64,000 nt of DNA, from positions 128,001 to 192,000 of the IMG/VR virus record IMGVR_UViG_3300045988_137032; one strand, written 5' to 3'. This DNA is from a virus. The notes beneath the pieces were generated by a model. The model did not search any database, was not told the DNA's origin, and was given only the letters and a program-made list of their open reading frames with translations. Positions 18,584 to 27,337 of this stretch are shown piece by piece. The stretch's first letter is position 1, and each line of letters begins with the position of its first letter. Position numbers and translations under genes: made by a program.

Positions 18584-18919
18584 TTACTCACAATCGTAAT
18601 CACGATAGCGACACTCCAGAATATCAGGATCAAGAGGATCGCCTTCATTAACTTCGATGCTGAACTTACGGATAGTGGTGTTTCCGTACAAACTCCGTTC
18701 CGGATATTTTACGGAAATGAAGTCCTCGCCCATGCTATCCACGACAGCACCTTTATGCTCCGTGATGAACCGTCCGGCCTCCATGACCATGATGGCTACT
18801 GCTCTTTCGAAAGAGCTAATAGCTGGGAAAACACTACCATTCTCGACTACGCGCTCCGAGATATTTCCAACCCCAGCCGTATCCTCATAGATGACAGCGA
18901 ACTTATCGTTGTAAGACAT
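18584..18919 (-). CDS. Hypothetical protein
   Basis: Track ORF 18584..18949. I moved the start to M11, behind GGAGGAAAC. Confidence 0.55.
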   Translation of the reverse strand: MSYNDKFAVIYEDTAGVGNISERVVENGSVFPAISSFERAVAIMVMEAGRFITEHKGAVVDSMGEDFISVKYPERSLYGNTTIRKFSIEVNEGDPLDPDILECRYRDYDCE

Positions 18920-18988
18920 TATAGTTTCCTCCTTATAGAAACTAATCAATGAAGGTTACTCTTCTTCGCCTTCTTATTATTCGCATTT

Positions 18989-19005
18989 ATAATATATCAT
19001 TATAA
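18989..19005 (+). promoter_or_regulatory. Conserved 17-mer promoter-like element, class 1
   Basis: TATAATATATCATTATA, 55 nt upstream of the ATG at 19061. Confidence 0.55.
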
Positions 19006-19060
19006 TTCTAAACTATACGATTATTGACATTTTGGAAACTAATAAGGAGGCTATTGTGCT

Positions 19061-19552
19061 ATGGTTATTATTGGATTCCCTGCAATTGGTAAGAGTTCTT
19101 ACCAGAAAGATCAAGCAAGATTTAGTGCTTATGAAGGTCCTAGATGCATTGATCTGGAATCGTCTAATTTTGTCAAATCTCCTAATTGGGAAGTTAGCTA
19201 TGCAAATATTGCAATTGATCTATCCCGTCAGGGATTTGATGTGTTCTGCTCTTCTCATAAGCTTGTGAGAGAAGCATTATTAAAGAAAAAAGAAGATGGT
19301 GAGCTTGATAAGCTCTTCATCATTTATCCAAGCATTACCGTATACGATGCTTGGCTAACGCGATGCAAGAATCGCTATTACACAACACAACTTGAAAAAG
19401 ATTCAAGAAGTCTTGCTCGTGTACAGAATTTCTTCCAAGCTGATGTTATGGAATTGGATGAGGAAGTAAAGGCCGGTAAGTACACGGATGCATGTGTCAT
19501 TGATGGTCCTTACAGTCTCGATCGGATTATTAGAGGATTTAGAAAGGCATGA
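19061..19552 (+). CDS. P-loop NTPase/kinase-like protein
   Basis: GFPAIGKS Walker-A-like motif at residues 5-12. Confidence 0.5.
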   Translation: MVIIGFPAIGKSSYQKDQARFSAYEGPRCIDLESSNFVKSPNWEVSYANIAIDLSRQGFDVFCSSHKLVREALLKKKEDGELDKLFIIYPSITVYDAWLTRCKNRYYTTQLEKDSRSLARVQNFFQADVMELDEEVKAGKYTDACVIDGPYSLDRIIRGFRKA

Positions 19553-20010
19553 TTATTCTATTTGATTTCGATAAAGATCCGGAAGAAGAATTCCGTGAAT
19601 ACGAATTGAAATTACGACGTGACATAAGCAAACGTATTTTCATGATGGAACCTTTATCATGGTATGAGCCATATAAGAATAAAAAGTATGAAGCTATGGT
19701 TGCTAATGCAATTAACCGTAGTAATCTTAAGGACGAAATCGTATTGCTCCCTGCATACTTTGAAGTTCTTTCATGCTTGATAAGTAGGAATGAATTAAAG
19801 GATTGCTACTATATAGCAATGCCACAAGGTATTTCTGATATTGAGGAGAATTCAGCCTTCGATATGGAAGAAGTACTAATGAAAACCAAAGGATATGCTA
19901 TTGATTATCCTCGTTATAGTAAATTCATACTGCACGTGACAGAATTTATCAAAAAGAATGATCGTAGCGATTTCTGGAAATGGTTTAAGTTTGATAGAGG
20001 ATTATATTAA
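19549..20010 (+). CDS. Hypothetical protein
   Basis: 153 aa. ATGA overlap with the upstream gene. Confidence 0.55.
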   Translation: MIILFDFDKDPEEEFREYELKLRRDISKRIFMMEPLSWYEPYKNKKYEAMVANAINRSNLKDEIVLLPAYFEVLSCLISRNELKDCYYIAMPQGISDIEENSAFDMEEVLMKTKGYAIDYPRYSKFILHVTEFIKKNDRSDFWKWFKFDRGLY

Positions 20011-20031
20011 GTAATCACTATGATAACAAAA

Positions 20032-20074
20032 AAGAAAGGCTAGATCTGATTGGGTCAAACCTAGCCTTTCTTTA
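20032..20074. terminator. Bidirectional intrinsic terminator
   Basis: AAAGAAAGGCTAG ... CTAGCCTTTCTTT. Confidence 0.8.
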
Positions 20075-20078
20075 TCGG

Positions 20079-20282
20079 TTAGTGGCGAACTACATCTACC
20101 ACTCCGTCATGGTGGTACGTAGTAGCAATTTGCTCCCACTCAATACCTTCAGGTAATGAAACGGATGCATTATTGCCATTGTGGTAGACACTCATGATCG
20201 GTCCATCTACACCGAAACGTACACTCTTAGGGAGAGCTACAATTCCGCTGTACATGAAGTCTGGAATCGATTCACGAATCAC
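20079..20282 (-). CDS. Small hypothetical protein
   Basis: Track ORF 20079..20291. The second GTG, 8 nt after GGAGG, is the more plausible start. Confidence 0.5.
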   Translation of the reverse strand: MIRESIPDFMYSGIVALPKSVRFGVDGPIMSVYHNGNNASVSLPEGIEWEQIATTYHHDGVVDVVRH

Positions 20283-20287
20283 GGTAA

Positions 20288-20330
20288 TCACCTCCTTTCA
20301 TTATATATTACCTCTATAATATATAAATGA
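20288..20330 (-). promoter_or_regulatory. Conserved promoter/leader element, class 2, copy 2
   Basis: The reverse complement reads CATTTATATATTATAGAGGTAATATATAATGAAAGGAGGTGA. Confidence 0.5.
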
Positions 20331-20469
20331 AAAAAGAGAGTATACGGGACAAACGAAGACTATATCTTGGTATAACCTTGATATAGTCTTCGTTTCTACC
20401 ATGCGAATTACACTAGCATAAGTAACCCTGTTCGTATAAAATCTTTTATGAAAGGATGGGTGCATTACA

Positions 20470-20991
20470 ATGCGCGCTATAGTTGCAGTTAGTAATAACT
20501 GGGGTATTGGAAAGAATAATAAACTTCTTTTCCATATCAAAGAAGATATGCAGAGATTTAAGGAATTAACTACCGGGCATGTCTGTATTATGGGAAGAAA
20601 AACATTTGAATCTTTCCCATTTAAGAAACCATTACCAAATCGTACCAATGTAGTATTGACTCATGATACAAACTACAAGAGTGAATACGATAATGTGATC
20701 ATCGTTCATACCATGGATGAACTTAAGGAACTCATTAAGATGTATCCTTCGGAAGAAGTTTATCTCATTGGTGGCGATAGTCTTTACAATGCATTGATTG
20801 ACTATTGCAGTACAGCATACGTTACTTACGTTGATAAAGAAATGGATGCTGATGCATATTTCCCGAATCTTCATAAGAAGAAAGATTGGTGGATGATGAT
20901 TGATACTTTCCCGAATTATCATCATGATGATAAGACAGGATTGAATTACAGATTCTCTACCTATATCAATGATAACGTAAAAAGTTTATAA
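20470..20991 (+). CDS. folA: Dihydrofolate reductase
   Basis: IVAVSNNWGIGKNNKLLFHIKEDMQRFKELTTGHVCIMGRKTFES and LIGGDSLY. Confidence 0.9.
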   Translation: MRAIVAVSNNWGIGKNNKLLFHIKEDMQRFKELTTGHVCIMGRKTFESFPFKKPLPNRTNVVLTHDTNYKSEYDNVIIVHTMDELKELIKMYPSEEVYLIGGDSLYNALIDYCSTAYVTYVDKEMDADAYFPNLHKKKDWWMMIDTFPNYHHDDKTGLNYRFSTYINDNVKSL

Positions 20992-21023
20992 AAAATATAA
21001 TCAATTAGGAGAAAGTAAAGAAT

Positions 21024-21314
21024 ATGAAAACCGGATATATGATAACTCGTTATATGACAAAGAAAAAAAATGGAACGAGTCATATTATAACACCGAAAAA
21101 CTTCGTAATGCTGGCTGGAAAAACACCAGGTGTCTTTATGAATGAATCAGATGGATGTAATGCATTTGAAGAAATCACAAATAAAGTACTTGATATGCAT
21201 GATAAGTTCGAAGAAGATATGAGTGAAAGAACTTCTCATATGCGAGTATTCCATGATAAAGAAAATGGATTTGACTACGTATATGTGTTAGAAACCATTT
21301 TCTTACAAGAATAA
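21024..21314 (+). CDS. Hypothetical protein
   Basis: 96 aa behind an AGGAGAAAG RBS. Contains an in-frame A8 tract. Confidence 0.55.
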   Translation: MKTGYMITRYMTKKKNGTSHIITPKNFVMLAGKTPGVFMNESDGCNAFEEITNKVLDMHDKFEEDMSERTSHMRVFHDKENGFDYVYVLETIFLQE

Positions 21315-21360
21315 AAAATACAGGCTATACTAGAAATAGATCTAGTATAGCCTGTATTTT
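21315..21360. terminator. Bidirectional intrinsic terminator
   Basis: AAAATACAGGCTATACTAG ... CTAGTATAGCCTGTATTTT. Confidence 0.85.
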
Positions 21361-21431
21361 AGATTATTTTTAATAGGAGGTTTTATATATTATATACTTG
21401 GTATTATATCATTAAATCAGTCTTTATAATA

Positions 21432-22259
21432 TTACGTATTAGCCCTATATTTAAGGATGTTGAGGTCATCAGACTGATCTTTGTATCCATGAACAACTGC
21501 ATGTGCTTTACGCGGATCCTCACCTGCAATTAAAGAAAGCGCGCCATATGTAGCATCCATAGCTCCTCCAGCAACACAACGTAAAATAAATTTTACAATA
21601 TCTTGAACGAATCCTATTGCTTTTCTAAGTGCATCAATGCATTTAGATGATTCCTTATTCGGGTCATTTGATTCTGATTGTTTTTCTGCATGTTTTTGCA
21701 TATCTCGAGACATCTGTTCAGAATCCTTAAGAATTTTTCCCAAGGTATCACCACCAACATAGTCGAAACGGACATCATCTGAAAGTTCACGCTCATGCTT
21801 TATGTAACTGATAAAACTTAAGCTGCTAACAATAGCAATTGCTTGAGCATATCCTGATGATGACCCACTTATTAAGTTATGAACTGCAGTTTTTAATTGT
21901 GAAAACTTTTCACGAAATCCTTTTGGAAGTTTATATTTTTTATCATTTTTAATATTAGGCTTTTTATTAAAAATCCTATTGATAATAGATTTAATCCATT
22001 CCGCAAATTTTCTCCATGCAGCTTTAATTTTATCGATAAACGTAGAAGCTGCCTCTGTCATTACATAGAAGTCACTTTCTTTATTTACGACAGACATGGA
22101 AGATTCAATGAATTCATTTTCAGCAGATGCTGCTTCACTGATGATTGAATCTACATATTTCTCATTGATTGTTTCAAGCATATCACATGCTGCATTCTTT
22201 GTAATTTCACCATTTTGATAACTTTCATAGATAGAAAGTTCCATATCTCTAAAATTCAT
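21432..22259 (-). CDS. CTS-like family protein (type A), outlying copy
   Basis: Starts MNFRDMELSIYESYQNGEIT and has the helix AAWRKFAEWIKSIINRI. Confidence 0.7.
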   Translation of the reverse strand: MNFRDMELSIYESYQNGEITKNAACDMLETINEKYVDSIISEAASAENEFIESSMSVVNKESDFYVMTEAASTFIDKIKAAWRKFAEWIKSIINRIFNKKPNIKNDKKYKLPKGFREKFSQLKTAVHNLISGSSSGYAQAIAIVSSLSFISYIKHERELSDDVRFDYVGGDTLGKILKDSEQMSRDMQKHAEKQSESNDPNKESSKCIDALRKAIGFVQDIVKFILRCVAGGAMDATYGALSLIAGEDPRKAHAVVHGYKDQSDDLNILKYRANT

Positions 22260-22535
22260 AGAAATACCCTCACCCTTTCAAATGGATAATTGTATGATAA
22301 ATATTAAGAATGTGTTTTTTTTGGTAATATTAGCAATTCAACGTTTTTATATCTCGTTACATCGCTCCCTAGTTATAGAAATTACAGCTATAATCAGGGA
22401 GCGAAGCCAGATTTTCATTCATCGGAGACGGCCGATGTGCTGCACCGATGTATTTAAAATCAACAAATGGTGGTGTATACATTGTAGGATTTTATATAAA
22501 TTAACATTGCACTAGATCACAAATATACTAAAAAT

Positions 22536-22569
22536 ACCTAGTATGATAATCATTGCATTATCATACTAG
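22536..22569. repeat. Perfect 14-bp-stem hairpin
   Basis: CCTAGTATGATAAT cattgc ATTATCATACTAGG. Confidence 0.8.
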
Positions 22570-22642
22570 GTAAAAGAACCATCTGTTTGACATAAAATGA
22601 GCATAAATGTGACGTAAAATGCAGTATTTTGATAGAAAAATA

Positions 22643-22701
22643 CTGGAATATACATCTATAACAAATATACTTAGTATATTTGTTATAGATGTATATTCCA
22701 G
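22643..22701. repeat. 59-nt perfect palindrome (28-bp arms, 3-nt loop) upstream of the fibre-tip cassette
   Basis: CTGGAATATACATCTATAACAAATATAC tta GTATATTTGTTATAGATGTATATTCCAG. Confidence 0.9.
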
Positions 22702-22766
22702 CCAAATGGAAAAATATGTCGAAAGATTGGTTGATAACGATTTTTGAAAATGAGGTGAAAATCGTT

Positions 22767-23186
22767 ATGAAAGCCGAATATAAGGCAGAGAATATCAATG
22801 CGACTGAACTTTTGCTAAGGTATGCTGAACCAGAAAAATTCATCCTCCCAAAAGAACACACGAATGATTTTGGAGATGTAGGGCATGATTCAAAATCAAT
22901 GCAAGTATTTGAATCATATGAGCTGGAAGGAGCTCCTGATTTGTATGGACATATAATCCATATAAATGGTCAATACGGTAGCATGTATCATTATGCATCA
23001 TCTGAGTTATTCTTAGGATGGCCATCGCATACCGATACTACATCTATAAAAACGCCACCCATATATTATAGAGCTCATTCAGATAAAATCGATGAGCTTG
23101 GTTGGACACCGTGGAGAAGACTTGTTTACGAAGACGAAGTTGTAGAAATCGTAAATTCAGTCTTAGCGGAAAAAGGATTGATTTAA
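22767..23186 (+). CDS. Fibre knob-domain-like protein
   Basis: Track ORF 22689..23186. I moved the start to M27, behind GAGGTGA. The segment ...PPIYYRAHSDKIDELGWTPWRRL resembles pyocin-knob-type fibre tips, from memory only. Confidence 0.5.
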   Translation: MKAEYKAENINATELLLRYAEPEKFILPKEHTNDFGDVGHDSKSMQVFESYELEGAPDLYGHIIHINGQYGSMYHYASSELFLGWPSHTDTTSIKTPPIYYRAHSDKIDELGWTPWRRLVYEDEVVEIVNSVLAEKGLI

Positions 23187-23197
23187 GGAGAATGAAT

Positions 23198-23580
23198 ATG
23201 GCTGAAAAAATTTTACTCACAAAAAAAACAATGAAGCCATCAGCCTACAACCGATAGCAATTCACGACATTGGTGTTGATTATATCCGATTCACCAACGG
23301 AGTTCAAATATGCTGGGGAACTAAAAGATTTAACGGTGATGAAATTGATTTAAATCAAGACGTATCAAAAGCATTCATTAAATTTCCAGTAGCTTTCAAT
23401 AGTGTACCTAATATTATACTCGGGCGTCAATGTGGATATCGTTATACTACAAACAACGATGATGCTGGACTATATGCAGGGTATATAGAACCAGACCATT
23501 TTGTAGTCTGTGGCTCTACTAAAATGGACCGTTCTGAAATCGCAGTGTGTATGTATGTTGCTTTTGGTAGATGGAAATAA
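23198..23580 (+). CDS. Fibre-tip (gp53-like C-terminal domain) paralogue 1, interrupted at an A8 tract
   Basis: ATG 23198 lies behind AAGGAG. The zero frame stops at 23255..23257. The -1 frame runs from the A8 tract (23221..23228) to the stop at 23578..23580 and encodes ...YIRFTNGVQICWG...FPVAFNSVPNIIL...YVAFGRWK. Confidence 0.6.
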
Positions 23581-23591
23581 AGGAGACTATT

Positions 23592-23965
23592 ATGAGCGAA
23601 GTTTTCGTTGAAAAAAAAAAACGAATGAACTTATTCAGCTAATCAGCGTTGCTGATGCTGGAGACGGTTATATTCGTTTTTCTAATGGATTACAAATATG
23701 CCATGCCATTATAAACGATGATACCCCAAATGAAACTATCGGAAATTTCAATGGTGGTACTGTTACCTTTGCTATGCCGTTTATCAATGAGCCATCAATA
23801 ACATTATCACGATGGCTAAATGACCTATATTACAGTAATGAATATAGAAAAGAAATTCATTATTCATCACTTAGTCGTAAATCATTTATAGTTGTTGGCG
23901 TTAATGAAGCTGATGAAGCTAAAGTTATTAACTTTTCCTATATCGCAATAGGAAAATGGAAATGA
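23592..23965 (+). CDS. Fibre-tip paralogue 2, interrupted at an A11 tract
   Basis: ATG 23592 lies behind AGGAG. The zero frame stops at 23640..23642. The -1 frame after the A11 tract (23611..23621) encodes ...GYIRFSNGLQICHA...VTFAMPFINEP...YIAIGKWK. The track lists only its tail, 23774..23965. Confidence 0.6.
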
Positions 23966-23973
23966 GGATTTTT

Positions 23974-24303
23974 ATGTATATTAATTTGAAAAAAAAAAAC
24001 GGAGAGAATATTTCTGTAGTAGCTGTCGAAGATATTGCTAATAATTATATTAGATTTTCTAACGGTCTACAGATTGTATATTCAAATGGAATGATCACGG
24101 AATCAGGAGATACTATAACATTTCCTGTAGACTTTACCACAAATCCAGTTATAGTATTTAATCGTGATGGAGGATGTGATGGACTTTCCAACATCCATGG
24201 AGCTTTCGTTAACGGGCATGAACATAAAATATTCATTGATGATCCATCAAGTGCTATATTTCCGATATACTTCAACTATATTGCCATCGGTTGGTGGAAA
24301 TAA
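23974..24303 (+). CDS. Fibre-tip paralogue 3, intact
   Basis: MYINLKKKNGE...NYIRFSNGLQIVYS...ITFPVDFTTNPVIV...YIAIGWWK. The A11 tract at 23989..23999 is in frame. I placed the start at M7 of track ORF 23956..24303, behind GAGGA. Confidence 0.7.
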   Translation: MYINLKKKNGENISVVAVEDIANNYIRFSNGLQIVYSNGMITESGDTITFPVDFTTNPVIVFNRDGGCDGLSNIHGAFVNGHEHKIFIDDPSSAIFPIYFNYIAIGWWK

Positions 24304-24372
24304 AAATCCAGCATAAGCTAGTCTTGCATTTCTTAGCCTATACTGGATATAAAGGAAAATTAAAGCGTATAA

Positions 24373-24403
24373 GACCGAGTGTAGTTCTCAGCTACACTCG
24401 GTC
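24373..24403. terminator. Hairpin between convergent genes, possible terminator
   Basis: GACCGAGTGTAG ... CTACACTCGGTC. Confidence 0.45.
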
Positions 24404-24442
24404 GCTTTAACCCTAAATTACTGTAGATTGTATAGTATCTAT

Positions 24443-24874
24443 TTACACATCCACATAAGGGCCATATGTAGCGCTCATACCTTCAGGATCTGGATAATTC
24501 ACAAATTTAAAGCTTAACTGAACTGCATCAGCTTTTCCAGTATTCTTAACCTTACTCTTGAAACGGTTAAGAATATCTTTTTCTTTATAGTACGGATCAA
24601 TACTAAGTTCGATTTTCTTATCACTATGAGTAAGCTTTGTAGTGATTTTAGGATCACCTGATTTAAGATTATCAATTTTGATGAATACTTTCACTGTATC
24701 CTTTGGAAACTTTCCCTTTCCGAAGTCATCAAGTAAGGTATTTGCAAACTGAGTAAATGCATTATCATCTGGCCAGTCATCCTCATTACTCAATATCTTA
24801 AGTTTCTCAACAACGAAATCACCATCCACAAGGCCTTCTTTATATGCTTCAAGAATAGCTTCTTGTAAGTCCAT
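24443..24874 (-). CDS. CTS-like family protein (type B), outlying copy
   Basis: Track ORF 24443..24958. I moved the start to M29 (MDLQEAILEAYKEGL), behind AAAGGAGA. Confidence 0.6.
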   Translation of the reverse strand: MDLQEAILEAYKEGLVDGDFVVEKLKILSNEDDWPDDNAFTQFANTLLDDFGKGKFPKDTVKVFIKIDNLKSGDPKITTKLTHSDKKIELSIDPYYKEKDILNRFKSKVKNTGKADAVQLSFKFVNYPDPEGMSATYGPYVDV

Positions 24875-24999
24875 TTTATTAATCTCCTTTCTATAAGTAT
24901 TTTCATTAAGAAATTGTCTTTTCCTATAAAATACCCTGAAAAACAAATAGCTAATCATACTAACTTAGTATAATAACTCATGAAAGGGGATAAACCAAA

Positions 25000-27183
25000 A
25001 TGATCGAATTCGATAAAGAAAAGATCTTCAATGGTAGCCCTGTGAAAGCTCTTCGGAATCAGTTCGAAGAATTAAAGCAGGACTATACGAAGGCTAATGC
25101 AATTCGGTATTCTCAGGTATATAGTGAGATGACTCTCACTGATATTCTGGATGGGTCTGAATATATCTTTACGGAACCTATGCGTGGTTGTGCTTTCTAT
25201 AAAGATCTTATGGAAAGCTGTGTAATTCCTTACGATCGTATCGAAGAAGAGTACGATAAGGTGAATCATTATCTGAAAGAAAATCAGAAAAAGATGAGCC
25301 CCACGATGCTTACTGAGTATACTGAACTTCTGAACCTCATGGAAACGAAGTTTACGAATACTTGCTATACTCGTATGATGTATGAGACGTTCCATGATAA
25401 TACTCATGCAAATGATCGTTTTTATGATTGCCACTTCAATCGTGAAGATGGCGTCATTGAGGAATCTACTGCAAATCCCATTTATAAAGCAAAGGGTCTG
25501 CGTCTGATTGATGCAATTACCCTTGGAGTTAAAAAGCCTGAAAAGAATGCTTCTTCCCTGTATAAGTACATGGTGGAAGAAGCTTTAGTTGAGAATCCTA
25601 CTACTCCGGAAGAGTATCAGCTGAATGCATACACAACCAATGTGGTTCGTCGTATGATGAAGGATTCCTACATCTCTGAAGCAGTCAATAATCTTCAGAA
25701 TATGAATCTTCGTACTCTGCTGAAGGGTCTTGCTAAGGAAGACCAGAGTGAATTTCTTGAGTCTGTTGTCATTGAGAAGGGTGATCCGGATGACATCGTC
25801 TATTCCACTACTGAGAATGCGGTGAATATGATGTTTGATGATGAGGATTCTCATTGTATCTTTGCAGAGAGTGATGCTCAGGAGAAGATGCATCGTCTTA
25901 GTTGTGAAAAAGCTATCATCGATATGAATGAAAGCTTCCTTTCTATGGATGCTATCAATGGTGTATCTGCTGGGTCTACCGCAAACTGGGATCCTATTGT
26001 GGAGAAGATTTGCTTTGAGTCTTCTTCCATCACAAAGATTCCTACTGATATTTCTGAGCAGGTTAAGATGCTTCGTGAAAAGTCTGAAGAGATTGCCAAC
26101 GAATATCAGCTTACCTGTGAAGCATATTACACTGCTGATGGTAGCCCTTCTAAGGTTGTGGCAATGGCCGTCAACGAGTATATTCCCAAGAAAGCATCCA
26201 AGCTGAAGAAGCAGAAGGCTGAGGATCTCGATGACGATGAAGATGAGGACGATTCCGAAGATGATACTACGGATGATGATTCATCTGATAGTGGTCATGC
26301 TGAGACCGATGCTGAGCATAACGCAAAACTTCAGTCTAAGAAGGATGCTCAGACAGCCAAGTATGCTGCCATGGATGACAGCGATATAAATTTTAACGAA
26401 GCGTCAGAAGACGAAGAGGAAGAAGACGATAAGAAGAATCCTAAGTCTGGCAAAGCCACTTCTGACGCAAAAGCATCTCCTGCTAAAAAGGATGATGGGG
26501 AAGAAGCCGAAGACGATACTCAGGATGATGAATCTTCTGATGATGAGGACGAATCTGATTCCAAGGAGCCTGTAAAGGATACTGTGGATAAAGAAGAGCC
26601 TAAAGCAAAAGAAGATGAAAAGAAACCTGATGAGAAGCCTAAGGAAGTAGAAAAACCTCAGAAGCGTTCTCTTGCTCAGAGGATTCAGAATAAGGCACTG
26701 GATACCAATGCTAAAGTTCATAAGAAGCTCGCTGAGATTCATCGTAAGAATATCGACCGAAAGAACGCTGCAAAAGCTGTAGGTAAAATTCCTGCTGGTG
26801 CTGGCGGTATGTTGAAAAAACAAATTGCTGAGTGGGAAGAAATGGATGATGATAAGCGTAAAGAGTATATCATCAAACCTGGTACTCGTAAGAAGTACTT
26901 CCGTGCTCTTAAGTTTGCTATTGAGCATTACATCGCTTTTGCCATTAATCCTCTGATGAATATCGTTCTTCTTATTTGCCAGAAGTTCTCTCATGATAAG
27001 GATATTCGTATTCGTAACGAATTGATTCATGAGCTTAAGACAGAGCAGAAAGTCATTGACGCTAAGATTAGCGATATGCAAAGTAATCCGAAGATGAATA
27101 ACGAACGCTATAAGCTGATGCGCTTTAAAGATAAGCTGGATGCTGAAATCGTTCGTGTCTCTGCAAATTCCAAGTATGTCTAA
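25000..27183 (+). CDS. Large hypothetical protein with a long acidic low-complexity region (head-module context)
   Basis: 727 aa. The central ~200 aa are D/E/S/K-rich (DDDEDEDDSEDD...). Confidence 0.6.
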   Translation: MIEFDKEKIFNGSPVKALRNQFEELKQDYTKANAIRYSQVYSEMTLTDILDGSEYIFTEPMRGCAFYKDLMESCVIPYDRIEEEYDKVNHYLKENQKKMSPTMLTEYTELLNLMETKFTNTCYTRMMYETFHDNTHANDRFYDCHFNREDGVIEESTANPIYKAKGLRLIDAITLGVKKPEKNASSLYKYMVEEALVENPTTPEEYQLNAYTTNVVRRMMKDSYISEAVNNLQNMNLRTLLKGLAKEDQSEFLESVVIEKGDPDDIVYSTTENAVNMMFDDEDSHCIFAESDAQEKMHRLSCEKAIIDMNESFLSMDAINGVSAGSTANWDPIVEKICFESSSITKIPTDISEQVKMLREKSEEIANEYQLTCEAYYTADGSPSKVVAMAVNEYIPKKASKLKKQKAEDLDDDEDEDDSEDDTTDDDSSDSGHAETDAEHNAKLQSKKDAQTAKYAAMDDSDINFNEASEDEEEEDDKKNPKSGKATSDAKASPAKKDDGEEAEDDTQDDESSDDEDESDSKEPVKDTVDKEEPKAKEDEKKPDEKPKEVEKPQKRSLAQRIQNKALDTNAKVHKKLAEIHRKNIDRKNAAKAVGKIPAGAGGMLKKQIAEWEEMDDDKRKEYIIKPGTRKKYFRALKFAIEHYIAFAINPLMNIVLLICQKFSHDKDIRIRNELIHELKTEQKVIDAKISDMQSNPKMNNERYKLMRFKDKLDAEIVRVSANSKYV

Positions 27184-27194
27184 TAGGAGTACAC

Positions 27195-27311
27195 ATGATT
27201 TCCCATATTATTGAAGCAATCATTGCCTGCTTTATTCTGGATGGAATCTTTTACTACATGATTCCTAATGCTTATAAGCATATTCTAAATAAAGCACGTA
27301 ATATGATGTAA
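27195..27311 (+). CDS. Small hydrophobic protein (38 aa)
   Basis: Below the ORF track's size cutoff. AGGAG is followed 5 nt later by the ATG. Sequence is MISHIIEAIIACFILDGIFYYMIPNAYKHILNKARNMM. Confidence 0.45.
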   Translation: MISHIIEAIIACFILDGIFYYMIPNAYKHILNKARNMM

Positions 27312-27337
27312 CCTATATGACAAGGAGAAAGTATATT

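Noticed and set aside
20301-20648. 115-aa minus-strand ORF across the DHFR upstream region and start
   Set aside because: It overlaps the clearly real DHFR gene and the conserved leader element, and has no RBS.
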